From: an uncultured Gemmatimonadales bacterium
Lineage (GTDB): Bacteria > Gemmatimonadota > Gemmatimonadetes > Gemmatimonadales > GWC2-71-9
Direction of reading: 5' to 3'
Assembly (NCBI GenBank): GCA_963748815.1
Contig: CAVVKJ010000017.1
Coordinates: 1 to 64,000 of the forward strand
DNA length: 64,000 bases
The translations under genes and the position numbers were made by a program. The notes under the pieces were generated by a model that made no database searches, was not told where the DNA came from, and saw only the letters and a list, made by a program, of their open reading frames with translations. This document shows, one piece after another, positions 57,139-64,000 of this stretch (position 1 is the stretch's first letter; each line of letters opens with the position of its first letter).

Positions 57139-58305
57139 ATGCCCGACATCCCGGCATTTTCGTTGTGCGAGGGTGGGGTGGTGCACCAGAAGCTGATGGC
57201 TGTCGGGCTGGCCGGCGGTGCCAGGGGCCGGGCGATTCTCGTGGGCGTCCTCCTGGCGGTCGGGTGGTTGCCGCTGCTCTTCCTCACGTGGGCCGCCGGC
57301 ACCCTGGTCGGCGCGGGGCATCCCTTCCTGACGGATCTCGGCGCCTGGGCCCGGTTTCTCGTCGTCGTTCCGATCATGGTCCTTGCGGAGCCGATGGCCG
57401 ACGACGTCCTGGCAATCGTCGTCAACCTCTTCCGACGGACCGGCCTGATCCGGGAAGCCGACCTGCCCGCGTTCGAGGCGGCGGTCGTCCGGACGCAACT
57501 CCGGGCGACCTCCGACCGGATGGAGTTATTCCTGCTGGTCACGGCGCTCGCGCTCCCCCACCTGCTCGTGAGTTCGCTGCCGCATATTTCGACCGGCACG
57601 GCCTGGTTCGGGACGCTGGTGGCCGAGGAGGCACAGATCAGTGCCGCCGGACAGTGGTACACCTGGGTCTCGCTCCCGCTGGTGCAGTTCCTCCTCCTCC
57701 GCTGGCTGTGGCGCATACTGGCGTGGTGGGGACTCGTGTGGCGCATCGCGAGGATGAACCTGGCATGGTCGGCGGCGCACCCGGACGGCGCGGGCGGCCT
57801 CGGCTTCCTCGCCTGGTCGCCCCGCGCCTTCCGGGCGGTTTTCTTCGGCTTCAGTGCGCTCGCGGCCTCGGCGGTATCCAACCAGATCCAGTTCGGCGGG
57901 CACACCCTGGCTTCTGCGCGGGGCCCCATCCTCGCCTTCATCCTCTGCGAGTGCCTGCTGCTGCTCACGCCCCAATTCTTCTTCGTGGGGTCCCTCGTCC
58001 GCGCGCGGTATGCGGCGCTCGTCGGCTACGGACTGACCGGCATGTCCATGACACGCGAATTCGACCGACAGTGGACGGCCGCCGCGAGTCCGCATACCGC
58101 CCAGCTGCTCGACAGCCCGCAGTCCAGCGCGATGATCGACTACGCCGGCACCTACGGGCTGGTGAAGGCGATGCGCCCCGCGGCCATCTCCCTGCGGGAG
58201 ATCGTGTCAATCGTCCTCCCGCTCGCCGCGCCATTTGCGCCGCTCCTCCTCTATCAGTATTCGCTCAAGGAGATCCTCAAGGGGGTGCTGCAGCTGGCGC
58301 GGTAG
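57139..58305 (+). CDS. Conserved hypothetical multi-pass membrane protein
   Basis: FSL.EGG, WY.WVSLP..QFLLLRWLWR, HPDGAGGLGFL; GAGGAG RBS. Confidence 0.7.
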   Translation: MPDIPAFSLCEGGVVHQKLMAVGLAGGARGRAILVGVLLAVGWLPLLFLTWAAGTLVGAGHPFLTDLGAWARFLVVVPIMVLAEPMADDVLAIVVNLFRRTGLIREADLPAFEAAVVRTQLRATSDRMELFLLVTALALPHLLVSSLPHISTGTAWFGTLVAEEAQISAAGQWYTWVSLPLVQFLLLRWLWRILAWWGLVWRIARMNLAWSAAHPDGAGGLGFLAWSPRAFRAVFFGFSALAASAVSNQIQFGGHTLASARGPILAFILCECLLLLTPQFFFVGSLVRARYAALVGYGLTGMSMTREFDRQWTAAASPHTAQLLDSPQSSAMIDYAGTYGLVKAMRPAAISLREIVSIVLPLAAPFAPLLLYQYSLKEILKGVLQLAR

Positions 58306-58393
58306 GGCCATGGGACGGCCAAGCGGCGCTTTGTGCACCCGGGGCGCGTTTGTTGCCATCTGGTGCCGGGCAACCGCCACCAGGCAGGGGAAG

Positions 58394-59047
58394 ATGTTGC
58401 CAGTCAACCATTTCGCCATCAGCGCCGTCGGGCGCCACCTCATTGCAATTGTGGCCGGAGTGGCGCTTTCCGCCTGTTCCTCGACCCTGTCCCAGGTCCC
58501 CCCCAGGCTGGACCTGGGCAACTACGGCCGCATCGCCCTCGTGACCTTTTCCGCCGAACCCGCCAGGGCACCTCTCGGTCTCCAGGCGACCCAGCAATTT
58601 GCGGATGCCCTGCTGTCCAGCCAGTCCGACTTCGAGCTGCTGGAACTCGGTCCCGCTGACTCCGCCGTCGCGCGGTTGCTCGGGCAGGGCGATGCACCTG
58701 CAGCGGCGCAGGAAGTCGGCCGGCAGAAGCACGTCACCGCGGTGTTTTTCGGGCAGCTGACGACAACCGGCACCAAGCCGAGCGGGCACGTTTCCGGCGG
58801 CGGCAATCTCAGCGTGAGCGGCACCATCGCTGCCGATTTGAACGTGCGCCTCCTGTCGACCAGCACCGGTGGCACCCTCTGGCGCTCCAGCGCCACGGCA
58901 AGCCAGAGCGTGGGCAACGTCTCGATGAGTGGCGGGCGGCTGCCGAGCATCTCGGCCACCGACCCGAACGCCGCCTACGCCAACCTGGTGGGGGACCTGG
59001 TGGCTCAGGTCACCCGCGACGTCCGACCGACCTGGGTCAAGCAGTAG
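58394..59047 (+). CDS. Lipoprotein, CsgG/DUF799-like fold
   Basis: Lipobox LSAC; RIALVTF, VRLLST.TG..LW. Confidence 0.6.
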   Translation: MLPVNHFAISAVGRHLIAIVAGVALSACSSTLSQVPPRLDLGNYGRIALVTFSAEPARAPLGLQATQQFADALLSSQSDFELLELGPADSAVARLLGQGDAPAAAQEVGRQKHVTAVFFGQLTTTGTKPSGHVSGGGNLSVSGTIAADLNVRLLSTSTGGTLWRSSATASQSVGNVSMSGGRLPSISATDPNAAYANLVGDLVAQVTRDVRPTWVKQ

Positions 59048-59064
59048 CGCCCGCGGTTGGCACG

Positions 59065-59102
59065 CGAAAGGCCCGCCCCCGGTGACGGGGGCGGGCCTTT
59101 CG
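59065..59102. terminator. Bidirectional rho-independent terminator
   Basis: CGAAAGGCCCGCCCCCG-gtga-CGGGGGCGGGCCTTTCG between convergent genes. Confidence 0.85.
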
Positions 59103-59123
59103 ATTGCCATGGTGCGCCGGACG

Positions 59124-59600
59124 CTATTTCGTGACCGGCGTCCGTGCCACCCGAACGAGGTCCCAGTTCCCGCCCCCGCCCAACTCGCGGCGAAGCACCG
59201 CGATGTACCGGCTCTTGATCTCGCCGCCGCCCGCGGGGTGCGACGTGATGGTGCCCATGTCGATGGCGGTCCCGCCATATGACAACAGGCTCTCGGAGGT
59301 GATGACGATGTGCGGCATGGTGGTGGCCGTCTTCGTGAAGTAGGCCTTGATCGCGTCCTTGCCCGTGTAGGTGGTGCCGTCCTCGCCGGTCAAGATCGCA
59401 TTTGCCGCGTACAACGTCATCAGCCCGGTGACATCCTTGTTGTTGTAATACTCGGCGTATTCCGCGCGGAACCGGTTCGTCTCGCTGATGACGGTCTGCA
59501 GGGGAATGACGCTGTCCGGGATTTGGGCGCTGGCGACCGACGGCATCGCGGATGCGACCAGCAGGAACAGGGCGCCGACAGCATAGGAACGAATTCGCAT
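59124..59600 (-). CDS. Secreted NTF2-like (DUF4440/SnoaL) protein
   Basis: GGAGG RBS; signal peptide; YNNKD..GL..LYA.NA, G.DAI..Y, YIAVLRR...G.W. Confidence 0.8.
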   Translation of the reverse strand: MRIRSYAVGALFLLVASAMPSVASAQIPDSVIPLQTVISETNRFRAEYAEYYNNKDVTGLMTLYAANAILTGEDGTTYTGKDAIKAYFTKTATTMPHIVITSESLLSYGGTAIDMGTITSHPAGGGEIKSRYIAVLRRELGGGGNWDLVRVARTPVTK

Positions 59601-59731
59601 GGCTACCTCCAGGAGTGGGGGGAATCTGGCATCGGGGATCGTACCACCAAATTCGGGTTTCCGTGAGGGGGGGGATAGCAGCAACCCCGCCCAAGCCGTG
59701 AGGCCCAAGCGGGGCAAGCAGTTACATCTCA

Positions 59732-59751
59732 GTGGGCCTGGGAGGAGTTGA
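59732..59751 (-). mobile_element. tRNA 3'-end fragment (Ile-like), candidate att site / island boundary
   Basis: Minus strand TCAACTCCTCCCAGGCCCAC resembles the T-loop 3' half plus acceptor stem of a GGGCCTG-type tRNA; the 5' half is absent. Confidence 0.5.
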
Positions 59752-59953
59752 TCCAAAGGAGATCGACGTTCCACCGAGGGCCTCACGCATGTCAAGGACG
59801 CGGCGAGGGGTAGGGAATCTCGACCTGGTCCGGCGTGATGTCGAACTCCAACCGCGACGGAACCGCGGCTACTCCAACCCCACCCTTCGAAGGCCTGTAC
59901 GTGCCGAGCCAGCCGGTGAGCGGATGCGTATCCACGTTGTCATCGCGCGTGGC

Positions 59954-60808
59954 TCAGTCGAGCACCTGGACACTGGCAGTCTGTTCCGCGAACGCAATCA
60001 CCCGTTCGACCAGGACCGATACCGTCATCGGCCCGATACCGCCCGGCACGGGGGAGAACGCTCCCAGGTGCGCCACCCCGCCGGCGGTGTCCACATCGCC
60101 CCGCCCTCCGGAATTGAAGTAGCCGACATCGATGCAGATCGAGCCGGCGGCGAGCGCCGTCGACGGCACGACGCCAGGATCCGAGGCGGCCACCACCACG
60201 AGTGCCGCCTGTTGCACCCCTTGCAGGAGAGCGGCGTCGTCCGCCGGCAGGATGGGTTGCATCCTGGCGCCTCGACGGGCGAGGGCCTCGCTGAACATCC
60301 TCGTGAAGGGGATGTCGGGACCCACCACCACGCCGGCTCGCCCTCGAATGTCTACGCCATGCCCGTCGAGCAGCTCCAATCCGGCGGATACGGTCAACGG
60401 CGGGAGCCCATCCGGAGCCGCAACGTATTCAGTGATGCGCTCCGCCGTCATGATATCCACGTCGTCCGCCGCCGGGACCAGGTCCGTCAGTGCATCACCG
60501 TCGATTCCGTCCGGAAACGGGAATTCCAGAAACACCGCGTCCACCACCTCGCGGGCGAGAAGCGTCCGCAGCGCATGCTCCGCCTCTGACGACGGCGTTC
60601 CCGCTGGGAGCACCAGCGGCACGACGTCGACTCCGGCAGCAGCGCATGCTCGGAGTTTGCGCGCGACAAATGGTGTGTCGCCCTGCCCGTCCGCAAAGGC
60701 GACCAGCACCAGCCGCGGCCGTCGGCCCAGGCGCTCGGCCACCCGGTGGCCACGCGCGGCGAGCGCGGGGGCACGGGACCGGGCGAGCGCCGATCCGTCC
60801 AGGATCAC
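59954..60808 (-). CDS. Divergent FolD-like methylene-THF dehydrogenase/cyclohydrolase paralog
   Basis: MILDG..LA, K..AC...G, DVD, IDVG, GDVD and SPVPGGIGPMTV motifs; several consensus positions altered. Confidence 0.8.
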   Translation of the reverse strand: MILDGSALARSRAPALAARGHRVAERLGRRPRLVLVAFADGQGDTPFVARKLRACAAAGVDVVPLVLPAGTPSSEAEHALRTLLAREVVDAVFLEFPFPDGIDGDALTDLVPAADDVDIMTAERITEYVAAPDGLPPLTVSAGLELLDGHGVDIRGRAGVVVGPDIPFTRMFSEALARRGARMQPILPADDAALLQGVQQAALVVVAASDPGVVPSTALAAGSICIDVGYFNSGGRGDVDTAGGVAHLGAFSPVPGGIGPMTVSVLVERVIAFAEQTASVQVLD

Positions 60809-61317
60809 CGACCGAGCCCCCGGATGATCTTGACCGTGGTGATGACCTGACCGGCATGCCGCTGGGCGTGCTGAGCGGCATGCGACAACAGGCCGATCAC
60901 ATCGCTCGGCCGCTGCGCCTTCCCGACCCCACGGAACTCAAGCAACTGTTCAGCTGGCGTCTCGCGCAGCACGGCCAGCGCCGCGTCCACTGCCCTGGTC
61001 ACCGAGGCAAGCAACTCCTTCGCCGACGCCGGCGGCTCTCCCGGGTCCCCCTCCAGCTTGATGGCCCTAACCTGGTCCGGGGTCAGTGGCACACTGCGGG
61101 CGTACGTAACCAGCCGGTCCGTGCTGCCGGCAATGTGACGCAGGTGAAAGCCCACCGCAGCCGCCCCGCTGGGCCGTGCCCAGAGTTCGTCCCCGGTCAG
61201 GTCGGCCGCGGCAGACTCCACATCCCGGCGCGTCTGGATCAGTGCTTGCGCCACCGGCATGAGCAGCGGGGGAATCCCCTCCACCGGTCCGTCGAGCCAG
61301 GCCTCGATTCCGCTCAT
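60805..61317 (-). CDS. DinB/YfiT family protein
   Basis: LWARP.G.A.VGFHLRHIAGS.DRL; HAAQHAQRHAGQ His triad. Confidence 0.88.
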   Translation of the reverse strand: MSGIEAWLDGPVEGIPPLLMPVAQALIQTRRDVESAAADLTGDELWARPSGAAAVGFHLRHIAGSTDRLVTYARSVPLTPDQVRAIKLEGDPGEPPASAKELLASVTRAVDAALAVLRETPAEQLLEFRGVGKAQRPSDVIGLLSHAAQHAQRHAGQVITTVKIIRGLGR

Positions 61318-61685
61318 GAAGGCTTGGGAGGGTCGCCGGACGCCCCCACCGATGCCACCGTCAGGAGGAAGGTCGCGCCAGAGGCCGAGGCGACGGCATG
61401 CCGTACCCCCGCCCCGAGCGAGAGCAGTTGGCCCGGACCGATCTCGTGGGTGTTACCGGCGGCTGAGAACTGGAGTCGGCCCTGCAGCGGCTGGACCGTG
61501 ATCGGGCCGTCCGCCTGATGCTCGGGAATCTCCGCGCCGGCCGCCACGGTCACCAGCGTCGCGCGAATCAGGCCATTCTTGATCAACGTTCGTGCACGTC
61601 GACCGCCCGGCGGTGGCCCCTCGCCACCTCCCGACAATTCTACGATCACCACATCACCGGAAAGCGGTCGTTCGATCGAAGACAT
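61314..61685 (-). CDS. Cupin domain protein
   Basis: RARTLIK, GAEIPEHQADGPITVQ...G, GVRHAV. Confidence 0.88.
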   Translation of the reverse strand: MSSIERPLSGDVVIVELSGGGEGPPPGGRRARTLIKNGLIRATLVTVAAGAEIPEHQADGPITVQPLQGRLQFSAAGNTHEIGPGQLLSLGAGVRHAVASASGATFLLTVASVGASGDPPKPS

Positions 61686-61936
61686 CAGGCCTCCACCGTC
61701 ATTGTCCGCTTCCGTACATGTACCCGCCAGGTTTCCGGTCCGTTGTCGAGGTAGTCGAAGGCGAACGCATCATCACCCCGAGTCGCCTTGAGCGCGTAGT
61801 ACATGCACTTCGGATCGTGGTCCACCGTCAGATCCAGCGTCGCCCCCTCGGCGAGGCCTTCGTACGCCGACATGATTCGCTCGAACCGATCCTTCGGCTC
61901 GACCGGACGAATGTCCAGTTGTACCGTGTCCGTCAT
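61685..61936 (-). CDS. DUF2249 domain protein
   Basis: LDIRPVEPKDRF..I...Y..L..G....L.VDHDP...YL..GPETWRV. Confidence 0.85.
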   Translation of the reverse strand: MTDTVQLDIRPVEPKDRFERIMSAYEGLAEGATLDLTVDHDPKCMYYALKATRGDDAFAFDYLDNGPETWRVHVRKRTMTVEA

Positions 61937-62679
61937 TGTTCCGCTCCAATCATGAGAGGTCCTTCCAGCGGTACCAGGGGCGGTGCCTCGCCGCCGGCGC
62001 TTCCACACCCCCACCCTCCGCGGCGCCCCAGCCAATGCTGCCACGCCACGCCGTGGCGGGGCGTGCTGGGCGCCAGGATGACTGTCCCCGTATAGGAGAT
62101 CAGGGCGAGCTGGTGCATCAGGTCGCCGATTCCTGCACCATCCTGCGAGGCGGCCTCGGGCCCCCCGCCGATCAGGCGGATGTGGCCCAGGGCGTTCCCA
62201 AACCGCTCGAGCAGCGGCTCGGCCATGACACCGACCGGACCAAGACGGGGATCGGCCTCCCAGGCCAGCGCCAGCCCCGCATCGTGACAGACGATCCCGT
62301 CCCACACCGCCGAGTCTCCGCGCAGGACGACCGCCACCTGGCCCCTGGCGCCCTTGATCCGCTTGGCGCGCGCCACGCGAGTGGCGAGCAGCACCGGGCC
62401 GGCCAGCAACACGGGGGCGCCGAGTGCTTCGGAGAATCGAGCCAGGCGAGACTCGTCCTCTAACTGGTGAGTACGATACCCCGTCAGCGTGAGTCCCGCC
62501 GCACGCACCGTTTCGGCGGCAGCGGCAACGCTCGCAGGCGCGCTCGTGTCGGCGGCGACGCCATGCGCGTCCCCCTCCCGCAATTCAAGCGCGGCTAGCC
62601 CTCGGCGCTGCGCAAAACGAATCAGGTCATCCAGTGAGGCGTCCGGCGCCGCCTCGGAACTGAGCCCCAGCCGCATCAT
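61933..62679 (-). CDS. Sugar-phosphate isomerase/AP-endonuclease-2-like TIM barrel (degenerate)
   Basis: MRLGLSS.AAPD.SLDDLI..A.R.GL..LEL, then L..ISY.G.V; C-terminal GGWGCGS. Confidence 0.55.
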   Translation of the reverse strand: MMRLGLSSEAAPDASLDDLIRFAQRRGLAALELREGDAHGVAADTSAPASVAAAAETVRAAGLTLTGYRTHQLEDESRLARFSEALGAPVLLAGPVLLATRVARAKRIKGARGQVAVVLRGDSAVWDGIVCHDAGLALAWEADPRLGPVGVMAEPLLERFGNALGHIRLIGGGPEAASQDGAGIGDLMHQLALISYTGTVILAPSTPRHGVAWQHWLGRRGGWGCGSAGGEAPPLVPLEGPLMIGAEQ

Positions 62680-63547
62680 GCCTCCGTGCGTGAAATCTCC
62701 ACCCGCCACACCGATGGCCCCTGCTCGAGGTACTCCCAGCCGAATTCGCCGGCGTGCTCGTAGTCGAACTGATAGCGCAGCGGCTTCGGGTCGTGGTCGT
62801 TGACCAAAACGAACGACTCCCCAGGCGCCAGCGCGGAAAAGGTGCTGAAGATCGTGGGATGCTTTTCCCGGGTGGAATGACCCGAACGTCCAGGGTGCGT
62901 GCCGTAGCCATCGGTGTACCTCGTGATTGATGTGGCTGGTCCGGCGTGCCCGCCACCCGATGGCGGATGAACACCCGAACCAGGTCGGGAGCCTGCTGAC
63001 GAACCTCGTACGAGAAGCCGCGCTCCTCGAGGAGTGGAAGGAGGAACTGCGGGACCCGGACATTGATCTGCAACAGCGTGCGATCGGGCGGAAGCGTCTC
63101 CAGCGCCGCCAGGGTCAGGACCATCGGCTCCGGCGGCTCCATCTCCCGTACGTCGAGCACGATGACCCCGGGGTCCGGCTCCTCGTTCGGCGGGACGGGC
63201 GCGGCGGGGGTCGAGACGGCGGCAGCCGGTGCCGATGGATAGAACCACACCCGCCAGTCCTCGTCGCCCAGCTGTTCGGTGTAGTGCTCGAAGCCCTGCT
63301 TGCCCATCACCTGGTAGAGGGGCACCGGCTCGAAAATGGCGCGCACCGCCAGGGCGCCGCCTTCGGGAACGCGTTGCCGCGCGGCCATGATGAGGCTGAA
63401 GGGTTCCCGCCCGTTGCGAAGGTCCTCGCGCACATCGAGCTCCACGAGTTTGTCCGGGGCAATCGCATCGAGCGCCTCCGGGCGCGGGGCCGATGGCGCC
63501 GTGGCCGTCGCCGTCGCCTTCATCGAGTCCAGCCGCCTGCGATTCAT
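62676..63547 (-). CDS. Protein with three DUF2249 domains (frameshift near 62870; the third domain may be a separate gene from ATG 62911)
   Basis: LDVREDLRNGREPF..I...FEP.PLY; LDVREMEPPEPM...R.PQFL..L.ERGF; LDVRVIPP-REKHPTIF...NDHDPKPL...GP.VWRV. Confidence 0.85.
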
Positions 63548-63849
63548 CTGTCCTCCTCGTTGATCATCCCCGCATGCCAGCGTGGATCCCAGACCAGGTG
63601 CGGCTCGACGCGCGCAACCTGCGGTACCAGCGAGAGAGCGTCGAGGATGTTTGCGGTGATGAGTTGTTCCATCGGGCAGCCAGGGGTGGTGAGGGTGTAC
63701 GTGACCGTCACGGCGGGCCCGTCGACCTCGAGGTCGTACACCAGCCCCAGGGTGACGATGTCGAGCCCGATTTCAGGATCAATGACGGTGCGGAGCGCGT
63801 CCCACACGAGCCCGTCGAGGGGGGCACCGGGAAAGGCGGCCTGGGTCAT
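63544..63849 (-). CDS. Metal-sulfur cluster biosynthesis protein (SufT/DUF59/PaaD family)
   Basis: ALRTVIDPEIGLDIVTLGLVY, TLTTPGCPM, LVWDPRW. Confidence 0.92.
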   Translation of the reverse strand: MTQAAFPGAPLDGLVWDALRTVIDPEIGLDIVTLGLVYDLEVDGPAVTVTYTLTTPGCPMEQLITANILDALSLVPQVARVEPHLVWDPRWHAGMINEEDR

Positions 63850-64000
63850 GGGGTTCTCCGTGCCAGCGCAAGCATTTGGGCAGCCTCGACCATGACTCCG
63901 GATGTCCAGAGCAGGGCGCCGGTCCGCGCGATCCCGGCCTGCGCCGCCACCACGCCGACCAGGAGCAGCGCAACGCCGAGCAGGAGCAGGGCGCCGGCCG
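63846..64000 (-). CDS. C-terminus of a multi-pass membrane protein (partial)
   Basis: ...GALLLLGVALLLVGVVAAQAGIARTGALLWTSGVMVEAAQMLALARRTP*; ATGA overlap with the SufT gene. Confidence 0.6.
   Translation of the reverse strand, partial: AGALLLLGVALLLVGVVAAQAGIARTGALLWTSGVMVEAAQMLALARRTP

Overview
High-GC bacterial chromosomal segment. The gene repertoire (PadR plus duplicated orphan permease, kinase-TM-TPR protein, Ig-repeat lipoprotein) suggests a Gemmatimonadota-like organism; this is inference. Left to right: a partial Ig-like repeat lipoprotein; envelope and hydrolase genes (beta-barrel, SURF1, M19 dipeptidase, YkgJ-type, PafA-like phosphatase, HGSNAT-like, DUF481); mscL; two tandem OmpA/thrombospondin-3-repeat paralogs; a five-tRNA operon (His, Trp, Glu, Glu, Lys); a VIT-vWA/ECF sigma/anti-sigma module with a shared candidate promoter motif; a Rieske oxygenase plus YceI; icd; a roughly 15-kb Wzy-type polysaccharide locus; a Ser/Thr kinase; tryptophanase; an ftcD-headed hydroxyproline catabolic operon; PadR-permease and ArsR-SRPBCC units with visible palindromic operators; and, beyond a tRNA-3'-end-like fragment at about 59.74 kb (possible att site), an uncharacterised operon encoding SufT, four DUF2249 domains, a degenerate TIM barrel, cupin, DinB and a divergent FolD. 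Many genes carry 1-bp indels (1-1.4, 21-37, 43-48 and 62.9 kb), most likely long-read errors, so boundaries there are approximate. All family calls come from motif recognition by eye, not database searches.
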